Assembly: GCF_035084215.1 (NCBI RefSeq)
Contig: NC_090367.1
Span: forward strand, 9,054,001-9,118,000
Direction of reading: 5' to 3'
From: Heptranchias perlo
Lineage: Eukaryota
DNA: 64,000 bases
The position numbers were made by a program, and so were the translations under genes. The notes beneath the pieces were generated by a model. It had not been told where the DNA came from, ran no database searches, and saw only the letters and a list, made by a program, of their open reading frames with translations. Of the stretch, positions 35,121-48,871 are shown in pieces (position 1 is the stretch's first letter; every line of letters begins with the position of its first letter).

Positions 35121-36386
35121 AAACCTTTATAAATCACTGGTTAGGCCTCAGCTGGAGTATTGTGTCCAATTCTGGGCCTCACACTTTAGGAAGGATGTCA
35201 AGGCCTTGGAGAGGGTGCAGAGGAGATTTACTAGAATGGTACCAGGGATTTTTTTTTTATTCGTTCATGGGATGTGGGCGTCGCTGGCGAGGCCGGCATT
35301 TATTGCCCATCCCTAATTGCCCTTGAGAAGGTGGTGGTGAGCCGCCTTCTTGAACCGCTGCAGTCCGTGTGGTGAAGGTTCTCCCACAGTGCTGTTAGGA
35401 AGGGAGTTCCAGGATTTTGACCCAGCGACGGTGAAGGAACGGCGATATATTTCCAAGTCGGGATGGTGTGTGACTTGGAGGGGAACGTGCAGGTGGTGTT
35501 GTTCCCATGTGCCTGTTGCCCTTGTCCTTCTAGGTGGTAGAGGTCGCGGGTTTGGGAGGTGCTGTCGAAGAAGCCTTGGCGAGTTGCTGCAGTGCATCCT
35601 GTGGATGGTGCACACTGCAGCCACTGTGCGCCAGTGGTGAAGGGAGTGAATGTTTAGGGTGGTGGATGGGGTGCCAATCAAGCGGGCTGCTTTGTCCTGG
35701 ACGGTGTCGAGCTTCTTGAGTGTTGTTGGAGCTGCACTCATCCAGGCAAGTGGAGAGTATTCCATCACACTCCTGACTTGTGCCTTGTAGATGGTGGAAA
35801 GGCTTTGGGGAGTCAGGAGGTGAGTCACTCGCCGCAGAATACCCAGCCTCTGACCTACTCTTGTAGCCACAGTATTTATATGGCTGGTCCAGTTAAGTTT
35901 CTGGTTAATGGTGACCCCCAGGATGTTGATGGTGGGGGACTTCAGTTATGTGGAGAGACTGGAGAAGCTGGGGTTGTTCTCCTTAGAGCAGAGAAGGTTA
36001 AGGGGAGATTTAATCGAGGTGTTCAAAACCATGAAGGGTTTTAATGGAGTAAATAAGGAGAGACTGTTTCCAATGGCAGGAGGGTCGGTAACCAGAGGAC
36101 ACAGATTTAAAATAATTACCAAAAGAACCAGAAGGGGAAATGAGGCAAAATTATTTTTACGCAGTGAGTTGTTATGATCTGGAATGCGTTGCCTGAAAGG
36201 GCGGTGGAAGCAGATTCAATAATAACTTTCAAAAGGGAATTGGGTAAATACTTGAAGGGGAAAAAGCTGCAGGGCTGTGGGGAAAGAGCAGGAAGGAGTG
36301 GGACTAATTGGATAGCTCTTTCAAAGAGCCGGCACAGGCACGATAGGCCGAATGGCCTCCTCCTGTGCTGTACGATTCTATGACTC
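35121..36386 (+). mobile_element. CR1 LINE 3' fragment with a nested second-family LINE (35250-35936, minus)
   Basis: CR1 broken at ACCAGGGAT|GGACTTCAG by the reverse-oriented STIYKAQVRSVMEYSP...WNSLP element with poly-A. Confidence 0.88.
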
Positions 36387-38376
36387 TATCCAAGTGGGAG
36401 CCCAGGAGTGAATGCTGGCAAGCTATTCGACCATGGACGGCATCGCAGCCGAGCCCAAACCTATTGTCACCTGACCTCCAGCCACTGGATGCAGGAACCT
36501 GATTAGTCTGTGGCAGCGCTCTGTTGCTCTGGCTGGACTCAGCCTACTCAAGCTCCAGATCTGCCCCTCCTGGTGTCCCTACAGCTCAGTAACGCCCTCG
36601 CTCCATCCACGAGCCGTACAATTGAGGGAGCTCACCCAGCACGTGTTTACCATGTGAAACCAGGGCAGATGGCATTGCTAAGGGATAGACCGATATCCCT
36701 CTCCCAGTAACTGGGATAGATAAACAGTTTTAAGTACACAGCGAAAGGCCCCTTATCTCCGGGTGCAGGGCACACTATCTCTCATCAGTAATAACAGCCA
36801 GGAGTGGAAAGTGATAAACCGGCAACTCTTTGTGAGATTAGAAAAGCATTCTGCAATCTTCCGCACCCTGTGTATTCCTGTAAATCTACTTGGGAAATCC
36901 AATTGTTTTTTCACTCATGATGCAAGGACTCTGATGGACGGGAGTTTCCTTTATCAGTTGGATTTGCTCGTTGTGGGGGGGGCAGGTGGGGGGGGCGCGA
37001 GGCTCGCTTGCTTTGAGCCTTATAGGATGTAATTGTAACCTGACCTTCCTGTCGGGAGACTGACGGGATTGGGTGGAATTGTTGGTTTTCACTCAGCCCA
37101 ATTTTGACTTCAGTGGAGAGCTGGAAAGGTTAGATTATGAGGACAGATTGCATAGGCAGGGCTGGTCTTCCCTCGAGTAAAAAAGATCGCAATATGATTA
37201 GGCAGAGTCAACATGGTTTTATGAAAGGGAAATCGTGTTTGACAAATCTATTAAGAGTTTTTTGAGGGCGTAATGAGCAGGGTAGATAAAGGGGAACTGA
37301 GGGTGTAATATATTTAGATTTTCAAAAGGCATTCGATAAGGTGCCACATAAAAGGTTGTTACGCAAGATAAGGGCTCATGGGGTTGGGGGTTATATATTA
37401 GCATGGATAGAGGATTGATTAACAGACAGAAAGCAGAGAGTAGGGATAAACGGGTCATTCTCAGGTTGGCAGGCTGTAACTAGTGGGGTACCGCAAGGAT
37501 TGGTGCTTGGGCCTCAGCTATTTACAATCTATATTAATGACTTAGATGAGGGGACTGAGTGTAATGTATCCAAGTTTGCTGACGATACAAAGCTAGGTGG
37601 GAAAGTAAACTGTGAGGAGGACACAAAGAGACTGCAAAGGGATATAGACAGGTTAAGTGAGTGGGCGAGAAGGTGGCAGATGGAGTATAATGTGGGGAAA
37701 TGTGAGGTTATTCACTTTGGTAGGAAGAACAGAAAAACAGAATATTTTTTAAATGATGAGAAAATATTAAATGTTGGTCATCAGAGGGATTTGGGTGTCC
37801 TCATACAAGAAATACAAAGGGCTCTATTTTCGCACCCGCTATCGGGTGCGTTCCTGGCGGGGGGGGGGAGGGGGGGGCTCCGAAAATCGGGGAATCCTGG
37901 AGCGGGTCCGGAGCCCGGCTCCAACCCGCCCACTTCCGGGTTCCTCACTGACGCGCCGGCATGCGCGCGCAGCCCCCGCAGGTGGGAATCCCGCAGGCAA
38001 TTAAAGCCAGCGGGATGCCACTTGAAAGTATTTATGTTGCTTGTTCAGGTCGTTTACAGACCTGATTGAGTTGTTTTATTAGGAGGGGTGGGATTTGACA
38101 CTGAACTGAGACTGTTTCCCATACTGGGGGAAACACTCCCAGTTCAAACGGAGGTGTTGCAGCCAGCAGCCTGTGGCAGCTGCAAAGGTGCATCCGACAG
38201 GTGGGGGGGGGGGGAGAGACCCTTCACCATCGCAGGAGGCCACTCCGTCACATTGGACAAAGTTTGGCCTCCACCACCCTCCTCCTAACAAGAAAATTCA
38301 CCGACCTGGAACCGCAACCCCGGTGTGAGGACACACTTACCTACCTTGCGGACCCCCTCAGACGTACACCTTCCAG

Positions 38377-39572
38377 ATGGGGGCCGCCGTAGCTGCAGTC
38401 ATGACCTCCTCGGAGGGCGATCAGCCTCGCCGGCCACGCCGTCCGCCCCCGACACGTGGAGCTCCACAACATGTGCTGTGGCACATCCACCTGCACAGCA
38501 GGAGGGAGGGCAACCGCAGAGAGAGATGCGTCGCAGGAGGCACTACCCTCGCCACAGGGTCTACAGACCGAGGCTCAGCTTCCTGGACCTCTCTGAGGAG
38601 CAGTGCATACGGAGGCTCAGAGTCAGTCACCAGGCAGTCGCGGACATCTGCAGCCTCCTTAATGACGAGCTGCTCCCGGCTGGACCTAGCAGCATCTTCT
38701 TACCTGTCGCCGTCAAAGTCACCACTGCCCTCAACTTCTTCGCCTCTGGATCCTTCCAGGGTGCCACCGGGGACATCACCGGGGTCTGTCAGTCGTCTGC
38801 ACACAAGTGCAGAAGGCAGGTTACCGACGGCTTGTTTCACAGGGCCTCGACCTACGTCAACTTCGCCATGGATGACCGCAGCCAGATGGAGAGGGCGGTT
38901 GGATTCCATGCTGTGGCTGGCTTCCCACGGGTGCAGGGTGTAATCGATTGCATCCACATAGCAATACGGGCACCTCCACATGAGCCAGGACTGTTCATCA
39001 ACAGGAAGGGCTATCACTCCATCACTCCATAAACGCCCAGCTCATCTGTGACCACTGCAAGAGATCCCTACACATGTGCGCCAGATACCCTGGCAACTGC
39101 CACGATGCCTTCGTCCTCAGGGAGTCCACCGTCCCGCCCCTCTTCCACTCACCCAACACCGGCAACGGCTGGCCCCTCGGCGACAAGGGATATCCCCTGC
39201 ACACGTGGCTTATGACACCTCTGAGGAACCCCACCACCGAGCCACAGCGTCGATATAACGACAGCCACATCGCTACCAGGTCTACAATTGAGCAGGCTAT
39301 AGGGCTGCTCAAGATGCGCCTCAGGTGCCTTGATCGTTCTGGGGGAGCGCTGCAATATGCGCCACGCAGAGTGGGACGCCCTGCCCAACATGGCACAACA
39401 GAGAGGGGTGCCGCTGGGGGAGGCCCCGTCCACATCCGCCACCCATATTGACTTCGATGAGATGAGGAGGAGGAGGAACAACAACAACAACGACGACCCC
39501 ATGGGCCGAAGATCGGCTCACCTGGCTGCTCACCAGGCCAGGGAGGCACTGATATGTCAACGGTTCTCCTAA
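38377..39572 (+). pseudogene. Harbinger (HARBI1-like) DDE transposase, frameshifted
   Basis: ALNFFASGSFQ, GFPRVQGVID, NRKGYHS, YPGNCHD, GDKGYP, IEQAIGLLK; frameshifts near 38475, at the ATCACTCC duplication 39013-39028, and near 39378. Confidence 0.92.
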
Positions 39573-39886
39573 CATCAGATTGTCTGAAGAGTCCAGACCT
39601 CATCACGTGGACAGAGGAGCGGCCATACCAGCCCCCTCCCCTGCCCCCTGCACGGAACAGTGGTGCAATTATTCCTGCACCCACTGTAGTGTGACCCAAT
39701 GGGTGGGACCAGGTGTTCGTCTTCATGGTGAGCCCCACGAAAGGGACCTATTGCACAAGCCGGTCAAGAATGGAGAAGACGTGGCAGTAGTGGTGATAAC
39801 AATGGGGTTTATTGTGGATGTGCGCTAAACAAATATAAATAAGAACATGATGGATAGTCATACACCCTCGTGCATTCCCTTTGTGT

Positions 39887-41700
39887 TCACAACACCTTCG
39901 CCGTATGCTTCCGGGAACCCCTACGTGGTGCTACCCCTGTGGCTCCAGCAGAGGTAGTGGCAGGTTGCTCTTGTTCATGCCCTGACCGGGTAGATGCTTT
40001 GGGCCGACGCCCTCTGGGTTTCGGTGCCCGTGAGGGCCCCTCCAAAGACTGCTCCTCCTGCACCTGTGCAGGGGCAGACTCGGCCACCTGGAGAGGAGGC
40101 AGCATTGCGGGTACTAGTTGAGAGGGGGGCAACGGGTGAGACGTGGAGGCACTTTGAGTGGCGTCCCCACTTCCATGTCCCCTTTCACCATCATCCCTCT
40201 CGTGCCCCAGGCCCACATCACTCCTTCCACCCTGCTGGACGGCAGTTTGGATGACCTGTGTGAGGCCTTGGAAGGCCACTTGTAAAGTATCTGTCAGCCT
40301 GTTTAAGGCGGCAGAATGTTGCTCACCCTGAATCCGAACAGCCGTTGTCAGGGCCTGGATGGACTCAATGTTGAGCTGTGCGTGACGCTCGAGGGAGGCT
40401 AGCCTTTCCTCCATCGCAGACGTTCCCGCACCTACCCGCGACACTATCTCGCAGATACCCTCCTGTACCTGTGCCACCATTCCACTCATGCAGGAGTTGG
40501 ACTCCTCCATCCTCTGCGTGATTGTGGAGAGTGCTAGTGGCACCTGTTCCAGTACCTCGGCAATGTGCTGCTGGCCCTCGATGACTCTCCTTTTCATGGC
40601 TGGCCCCTAGGGTCCAACTGAGCAGAGCCCGGAGAAGAGTGCTCCCACCGACACGGACTCTCCACGGCTGCCCCTGCCACCAGGGTCTGCTCGTGCTCAC
40701 ATGTGCGTGGTGACTCACCATGTGCAAGCCCAACTACGTGAGGATGGGGACCCACCGAGGTGTGTGTATCTGCACTGGTGGATGCATAGCTCGGATGTGA
40801 CGATGGACCCTCAGAGACCGGCAGGTCCTCTGAGGAATTGCCCTCCACGGTCACGGTGCTCGCAGACGGCCCTGCAAGAGAACAGAAAGCAATATTAGGC
40901 ACGTGGACAGATGTTGAGGTGCGGCAGATGCCAAGTGATGCTAAGATCATTCGCTATCATGAGTGATGAGTGTCAGCTTTCTGTTACCGGCCGTTTCTGC
41001 AGCCCCAGCCTCGCCATCCGCCACGGACAGGCACTCCAGCGTGTGGCTGAGCTCTAACGCCTCCTGCTCCGCGTCTGTTAGAACCACCTCGTGTGGCGGG
41101 CCCCCTCCGGTCCGTGCCCTCTCCCGGGGGTTCTGGCATCTCTTCTCCTATCAAGGCAAAACACAGAGGCGTGATTGAGTGATGCCTGCATGGTGAGACG
41201 CTGCAAGCATTGGTGTGGGTGGGTTGAGCGTGAGGGAGATGGATGGGAGGCTGGGTGTGCCACATGGCCATGACGTTGTATGGGGATTGGGGTGTGTGGT
41301 AGTGTTCGAATGGGGACAGGGGCGGTGAGTACGTGCAGGCACGGTGAGGATGATGGTTGAGTGGATGTGAGGAGTGATGCGAGAGCGTTGTGGTGGCAGT
41401 GCAGAAGGAGTTGTGTGGTGGTGGAGGTGATGTGGAAGACGGAGTGTGGGAGAATGCGTAAGTGTACTCACTTTGCCGGACCTAGTTAGGTCATTAAATC
41501 TCTTGCGGCACTGGACCCAGGTCTGTGTAATGTTGCCGCTGCTGCTGACCTCCTCTGCCACCTCCGACCATGCCTTCCTGCTGGTGGAGGGAGGGCACTT
41601 CCTCCCCTCCGACGGGACCAACGTTTCCCTCCTCCTCCTCCTCACCCCATCCAGAGGAGTCTGAAAATCTTGGGGCAGCCTTCCCCCTGGGGTGCTCCAT
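39887..41700 (-). pseudogene. Harbinger Myb/SANT-like DNA-binding partner gene, three exons (41700-41472, 41147-40988, 40871-39887), frameshifted
   Basis: APRFSD..KAWSEVAEEV..TWVQCRKRFNDL|GTGAGT; AG|EKR..RERARTGGGP..|GTAAC; GCAG|GPSAST..; coiled-coil C-terminus; TATTTAAA upstream, AATAAA ~39813. Confidence 0.85.
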
Positions 41701-42624
41701 GGTATTCTGGTCCTTGTTTGCAGCAGGAGGAGCATTGGTGGACTGCCCCTTTAAATAGAGCTCCACCAGCTCTCAGACGTCACTGCGCATGCGCAGTCCG
41801 CCGGAGCGCAGCTGAGCAGCGGCAAACCCGGAACCAAAGGTAAGTGGCTTCAATTAGCCCATAATTGTGCGCGGAGCACACTGATTTCACCGGGCGCATA
41901 GCCCCCCCCGCCGCGAACCCGCAGCCCTGCTAACATCGAGCCCAAAAAGTTAACATGCAGGTACAGCAAGCAATTAGGAAAGCAAATGGCATGTTGGCCT
42001 TTATTGCAAAGGGGGTTGGAGTACAAGAGTAAGGAAGTCTGCAATTGAACAGGGCTTTGGTGAGACCACACCTGGAGTACTGTGTACAGTTTTGGTCTCC
42101 TTACCTAAGGAAGGATATACTTGCCTTAGAGGCAGTGCAACGAAGGTTCACTAGATTAATTCCTGGGATGAGAGGGTTGTCCTGTGAGGAGAGATTGAGT
42201 AGAATGGGCCTATACTCTCTGGAGTTTAGAAGAATGAGAGGTGATCTTATTGAAACTAATAAGATTTTGAGTGAGCTTGACAGGGTAGATGCTGAGAGGC
42301 TGTTTCCCCTGGCTGGAGAGTCTAGAACTAGGGGGCATAGTCTCAGGATAAAGGGTTGGCCATGTAAGACTGAGATGAGAAGGAATTTCTTCATTCAGAG
42401 GTTGTGAATCTTTAGAATTCTCTATCCCAGATGGCTGTGGATGCTGAGTCTGAGTATATTCAAGACTGAGATCGATGGATTTTTTGACTCTAAGGGAATC
42501 AAGGGATATGGGGATCGGGCGGGAAAGTGGAGTTGAGGTTGAAGATCAGCCATGATCTGATTGAATGGCGGAGCAGGCTCGAGGGCCGAATGGCCTACTC
42601 CTGCTCCTATTTCTTATGTTCTTA

Positions 42625-43011
42625 AGGGGTGATCTAATTGAGGTGTTTAAGGTGATTAAAGGATTTAATAGGGTAGATTGAGAGAAACTATTTCCTCTGG
42701 TGGGGGGAGTCCAGAACAAGGGGGCATAACCTTAAAATTAGAGCCAGGCCATTCAGGGGTGATGTCAGGAAGCACTTCTTCACACAAAGGGGAGTGGGAA
42801 TCTGGAACTCTCTCCCCCCAAAAAGCTGTCGAGGCTGGGGGTCAATTGCAAATTTCAAAACTGTGATTGATCGATTTTTGTTGGGTGAGGGGATTAAGGG
42901 TTACAGAACCAAGGCGGGTAGATGGAGTTAAGATACAGATCAACCATGATCTAAATGAATGGCAGAACAGGCTCGAGGGGCTGAATGGCCTCCTCCTTTT
43001 CCTATGTTCCT
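42625..43011 (+). mobile_element. CR1 3' fragment (another subfamily)
   Basis: GGGGTGATCTAATTGAGGTG..GGAAGCACTTCTTCACACAAAGGG..CCTATGTTCCT. Confidence 0.85.
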
Positions 43012-43316
43012 AAATCGGGGCAGGGTGTAAAACCAGCGTTGTACCCAATCCTGTCAGTTTGACGACGGGCAGATTATATTAAAATTGCCCCCTCTGTCTC
43101 CCTTTCGCGCTGGCCTCCTGCCTGGCACCATCTGCTGCCAGACAGCCTACTCCCTGTCCTCCGCCACTGCCACTCTGACGCCCTCTTATCGGGGGTGGGC
43201 GAGAACGGACCAGAAATGACTTTCCGTCTGATTCTTTTCCCCCCTTCCCTCTCTGCGGAGTAGCTCCTGTCTGCCGTTTCCCACTTTGGCAGCTCGGCTG
43301 GGATCGGTAACTCATT

Positions 43317-44061
43317 GGCTCAGATTTTTCTTTGCTGCCAAAATAACGGCGGGTTTAACGGTGCTCGTTGTTAATGTGTGAATCGGCCAGCAACTTGTGG
43401 CGAGGAAGAGATACAGCGTGAGCTGCGAATCGCCGCAGGGCGCTGGACGATTGACGCCTCTCCGCCGTTCGCCTCGCGAAAGGGGCAGCTCGCCCTCAGC
43501 CGCCCCGTGAGTTTCGTGAAATTGCCGCATTTGTGCATTAATTGCGCATTAAACTCGCTGTAGAAAGTTAGGGCTGGTACTTAACAGCGTAAGGACCCTT
43601 TTAATGAGGGGATTTATGTTCTTGCAACTCTTCGGCCCAGAAAGGGAACATTTGAAACTGTGGAGTCGCATTCGCAGGTAGTAAATTGTCCTTAGAGATT
43701 TTTAAAATTTTAAATGTTAGCATTTTTTTTCTTAATTTTACCCTTCTGCCTCTTTCTCTCTCTCTCTCTCTTAATCCAATCTTTCTTCCCCTCTCTTTAT
43801 TTTTCTTTCTGTACCTGATTTGACTCCAATTCGCCCCATTTCCTTCTCCGTCGTTCCTCTGTTTCTTTCTCAATCCTTAGATCTCATTGTTTAAGGAGAT
43901 AGACTGTTGGTCCCGTCGTTCACTAAGGTCCCAGATGCCCTGTTGCCCTCACCGCCCCGTTATCAGCTCGCACTCCCAGCAAGCTACGGTGCAAAACATT
44001 TTCAAGCTGAAGGGTGAGGGGAAAAAAGTCTAACTAACGGAGCTCCAGAAAAATCTGGGCC
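43317..44061. mobile_element. Non-autonomous TIR element (MITE, probably Harbinger-type)
   Basis: GGCTCAGATTTTTCT ... AGAAAAATCTGGGCC (14/15 inverted match); no coding capacity; TSD ambiguous. Confidence 0.7.
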
Positions 44062-44374
44062 AATGTCTGCAGATTCATGGGACTGAATCTACATCCAAAA
44101 AAACTGAGCCAGGCAGTGCATTCCCGTTGGAGGGGCTCCTGTATTAAACTTGTTATGAAATCCTTGTCACTTGTCCCCGAGTGTATAAAACACATTTATC
44201 ACTATCTCTACTATACTTTGAATTCGGTATGTGGAGCACGCAGTTCATTGAAAACTCGTTATAAGTACCTGCAGTATCTGTTACTCCTGCAGGTGGTGCT
44301 GTGATAGGTATTTTCAATGTTAACGGGGCTACACCATGGCTGTGATTTTATAGTGAGTGCAAAATTGTTTCCAA

Positions 44375-44721
44375 AACCCTCCATGGCCCTCGCCCCCCTC
44401 CCTACCTCTGTAACCTCCTCCAGCCCTACAACCCTCCGAGATCTCTGCGCTCCTCCAATTCTGGCCTCTTGCGCATCCCCTGATTTTCGTCGCTCCACCA
44501 TTGGCGGCCGTGCCTTCAGCTGCCTGGGCCCTAAGCTCTGGAATTCCCTCCCTAAACCTCTCCGCTCTCTCTCCTCCTTTGAGACGCTCCTTAAAACCTA
44601 CCTCTCCTAATATCACTTTATGTGGCTCGGTGTCAAATTTTGTCTGATAATCGCTCCTGTGAAGCGCCTTGGGACGTTTTGCTACTTTAAAGGCGCTATA
44701 TAAATGCAGGTTGTTGTTGTT
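44375..44721 (+). mobile_element. L2 LINE 3' fragment
   Basis: GGRAFSCLGPKLWNSLP; (TTG)n tail. Confidence 0.9.
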
Positions 44722-44758
44722 ATATATCACTCTTGTGATTGTGCAAGCTGGTCACCAG

Positions 44759-45116
44759 TGTAGGGTTATTTTTTTCACTCTTTAGGGTACGAGAGGTAAG
44801 AATAAACAGAGACTGAAATACTCTTCAATATAATTGGTTTTATTGACATTATGACATGTCAGTTTTACAGATAAAGATGTTTACCACCTTATCCGGGAGT
44901 ACAACTCAGAACTAAGGGTGATCAATCCTTCTTCTGGGAGACGGAGGGGTTAATTCCTCCTTGACATCGTCTTTGAACTGCTTCTTCTTCTGTCTCCGAG
45001 AAATCAATGGCTGTTTATACCCTGTTTACTACTGGCAGATCAGTTGCAGGTAGTTTCCCCCTCTCTCTCTGTCTCTCAGCATTGAGAAGACAACTGTCTT
45101 CATTATGCTTTCCTCA
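44759..45116 (-). mobile_element. Probable solo LTR
   Basis: TG...CA ends flanked by CCAG direct repeats (44755-44758, 45117-45120); minus-strand TATAAA (~45019) then AATAAA (~44845). Confidence 0.45.
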
Positions 45117-46269
45117 CCAGGTTCCCACAAATTGCTCAAAATGCATTCTGAAATTTTTTCACTTGCCATTTTTTTTCTCAGTAACTGAAATTTCTAATGT
45201 TCAAAATAAGAGGTCAAACAAAATTTTTAAAATTGCACAGTTTACAATTACGTAATTACATTTCTCCATTGAATTGTCTTTTGTGTTTTTTATGCCTTGA
45301 TTTAAGTTTTCACTTGAAGGCCTCAGCCTCTCCCAAAAGCCTGGGCTTAGAGTTGATATTTTTGCCCTGAGCTGTAATTGTACGAGCTGAATTTGGATTG
45401 TGCAGTCTGAGCATGTGCAGTGTGCCTAATTCCTCAGGAAGCATCAATACTGGCCAGTCAGCTGGAGCAATGTGATATTTTTTCTTCAGCTCCTAGAAAT
45501 TTTCTTCCAGTAACGTTCCCTCAAATAATTTGAAAAACAAGAGAACAAATTCCAAAAGCTTCACTGAGGTAAAATTTATAATCAGTTTTTGTGTTAAAAC
45601 TGTGTGGCAGTGTGTGAATGAGAACAAGAGAAAATATTTATTCTGATGACACACCTGTTGTGGCTTTTGCTTCATGCTCTGTACACTTCAAAAAGTGTAT
45701 TAAACTGAGGGAGAGAGAGAGACTGGTGTCAGAGAGAGAAAGACTGGTGTCAGAGAATGAATGTGTTTTCATTTAAAGTTACTTCAATTTTCAAAACGAT
45801 TCAGTTGTATTTTTGAAGCCAAGTAATTACCTCAACATGTTTTGTTGTTGGAAAAGGTCAATGCTATTGGCTTACACCTGTGCGACAGAGATTCTAAATT
45901 CTAACATTATCAATTCTATGAGACAGAGCGAAAGACAGACATAAAGAGAGAAGCAAACAGGTAGTTTCTTTCCTCATTCTAATTTGATTTCTTTTTTTAA
46001 AGTTGAATTTTGAGGCAAGCAAAGCCTTTTTGAGGGAAGCAGATAGAAAGGGAGGTTAACAGGGAAAGGGAAGGAGGAAAACTGGTTGAGGTAGAGGAGA
46101 TCGCTGGCTTTTAGCACTCACCCTGGGGGAGAGCAAGTGAAAGTGGGGGACAGTGGATTTAGGTGAGTGACAACAGAGCAAGGAGAGGGGAGGATACAGG
46201 GATTGAGTGGGTAAGGGGGAAGAGGTTGGGGTAGTGATTAAAATGATTTTCAAGAATGCCACCTGTATT

Positions 46270-46722
46270 GTGAGGGTCTAACTATCAGGAAAGACTGAAC
46301 AGGCTGGGGCTCTTTTCTCTAGAAAAGAGAAGACTGAGGGGTGACCTGATAGAGGTCTTTAAATTAAGAAGGGGTTTGATAGGGTAGTTGTGGAGAAGAT
46401 GTTTCAACTTGTGGGGGAGTCCAAAACTAGGGGCCATAAATATAAGATAGTCACTAATAAATCCAATAGGGAATTCAGAAGAAACTTCTTTCCTGAGGGA
46501 GTGATGAGAATGTGGAACTCGCTCCCACAAGGAGTAGTTGAGGCGAATAGCATAAATGCAATTAAAGGGAAGTGAGATAAACACATGAGGGAGAAAGGAC
46601 TAGAAGGATATGTTGATAGGGTGAGATGAAGAGGGGTGGGAAGAGGCTCGTGTGGTGCATAAATGTTGGCATGGACCTTTTGGGCCGAATGGCCTGTTTC
46701 TATGCTGTAAAATTCTATGTAA
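46270..46722 (+). mobile_element. CR1 3' fragment
   Basis: TRGHKYKIVTNKSNREFRRNFF..MWNSLP. Confidence 0.88.
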
Positions 46723-47674
46723 TTAGGAGTGAGGAGGGGGTAGGAAGGGGAATGGGTACATAGGAACAGGAGTAGGCCATTCTGCCCCTCGAGCCCGCTG
46801 GGGACATGTGGGAGGGGAAGGAGCATGAATGGCTGGGGGAGGGGATAGGAAGGGGGCTGCTGAGGGCCCCGTCTCCCTGCAATCCGCACTCCAAATGCAG
46901 CTATTGCCTGCCGCACCACGCTATACGGTCCACGACCTCCCCGCAAAGAAAGGAAAAAGACAGAGAGAAGTGAAACGAAGAGTTAAGGGAAGAGAAGAGA
47001 AAGAGACACACTGAAGAAGATTAGGAAAAACAGAGAAACACAAAGACATCAGAGAAAGGGAAGAAAGTGACCATAATCTCCATCTCATCATGTACAATGC
47101 CACAGGAGGTCAATTAGTAACGTATTAAAAATCTCATGTCTGTGTGCATTGTATTATAAATTTCTATGTCCACATTTATAAACTGCCTATATAAACTTGT
47201 CATGCTGTAATTACACCCTCCCGCCAGTGACGGTGCTGACTACACTTGCTCTTGGCTTCCCATGTGCAACGACATGAGAAGTCGACTAATAATGTATTAA
47301 ATTTGCTACATGTATCGCACACTCCTTATTTGGGTGTTCTAAGCTGGACAGTCAGGTAGTGAAGGATAGAATACGAGAGCCTGGTCTTCAGTTGTTTCCA
47401 AGCCTCTATTCACAGAGCACCACATTAACCACGCCACACTCTAGATAAACTCTCTTATGTATGGATACAAGAGCGTTCCCAATTGATACGCACCATTATA
47501 CAATAACACTAATTGATATAAATCACATGGATACAATTAACATTGGGCTTCACCATCCTGCAGACTTCGAACACTAGATGCAGCTTGATCAGCTCCAGGT
47601 GTTGCAGGTCCCCATGCCTTTCCTGGCAGCATCATTATTGCACTCTGAGGGAAATTCACCTTATTCTGACTTTC

Positions 47675-48212
47675 CATAGAATGATACAGCACAGGAGGAG
47701 GCCATTAGGCCCATCGTGCCTGTGCGGGCTCTTTGAAAGAGCTTTCCAATTGGTCCCACTCCTCTGCTCTTTCCCCGTAGCCCTGCAAATTTTTCCTTTT
47801 CAAGTGTTTATCCAATTCCCCTTTTGAAAGTTATTATTGAATCTGCTTCCACCGCCCTTTCAGGCAGCGCATTCCAGATCATCACAACTCGCTGCGTAAA
47901 AAAACATTCTCCTCATCTCCCCGCTCTGGTTCTTTTGCCAATTACCTTAAATCTGTGTCCTCTGGTTACAGAACCTCCTGCCAGTAGAAATAGTTTCTCC
48001 CTATCTACTCTACGAAGACCCTTCATAATTTTGAACACCTCTATTAAATCTCCCCTTACCCTTCTCTGCTCTAAGGAGAACAATCCCAGCTTCTCCAGTC
48101 TCTCCCCATAATAGAAGTCCCTCATCCCTGGTACCATTCCAGTAAATCTCCTCTGCACCCTCTCCAAGGCCTCGACAGAGTGTGGTGCCCAGAACTGGAC
48201 ACAAAACTCCAA
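47675..48212 (-). mobile_element. CR1 3' fragment
   Basis: [31 protein letters not shown]. Confidence 0.9.
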
Positions 48213-48871
48213 TGCCACAAGTTAACCAGGATATTAGTGTATGAATGCAGTGTATTCACATTGGATTTCTTCTCTGATTACCAGAGGTTTAAACCTCTAT
48301 TAAGGAATGCCACATTTTTTAAGGTTTGTTCATTAACATCACCAACACTAATCAAGGTTATTATTTTCATGTGCTGTGCCCAGTGCAAGAACCTATCTGA
48401 TCCAAGTTACACTGGCTGGAGACTTCTGCAGACATACTGTTGTGTTTTTGTTCATTGTTAATAGTTTATATGCAAGGCATCAATTTGCTTCAAAGGCTCA
48501 AATGGTTTCTGGGAATAAAATACAGAGCTAGTTTCATGGAATCAAAAACAAAGGTGTCAATTAGGAACAATCATAAACAAACTGTGAATCATCCGAGGGA
48601 TTTAATTTTTGCTTTCTGACATGTTCATCTGGGCTAAGGTCAATTTCTGTAATAAACAGCAAGGCCCTGAACTTTTAATGAAATGGGCAGGGCCGGATCA
48701 GCGCTTGGTGTTTGAAAGCCTCCATTGAAAAGCACTTTAACCATCCTACATTAATGTGCACTCACTACTGTTAAGTAGGAGGATGTAGCAATCTGCCAGA
48801 GACAACAAGGAGCTGAATGACCAATTAATCTGTGCCATTTCACATCTGCCTGAACAGTTTAACTTCACATA

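Larger units (their letters stand above)
37819..41943. mobile_element. Full-length PIF/Harbinger DNA transposon (4125 bp)
   Basis: TIRs GGGCTCTATTTTCGCA / TGCTAACATCGAGCCC (13/16 match), apparent 3-bp TSD AAA, convergent transposase and Myb/SANT genes. Confidence 0.93.
37180..42624 (+). mobile_element. CR1 LINE split by the Harbinger insertion (37180-37818 and 41944-42624)
   Basis: RT motifs before the insertion and [11 protein letters not shown] motifs after it; rejoins as AAATACAAAAAGTTAACATGCAGG. Confidence 0.9.

Noticed and set aside
38325..39572. Domesticated HARBI1 host gene
   Set aside because: Frameshifted, bounded by TIRs and inserted in a CR1, so it is a transposon copy
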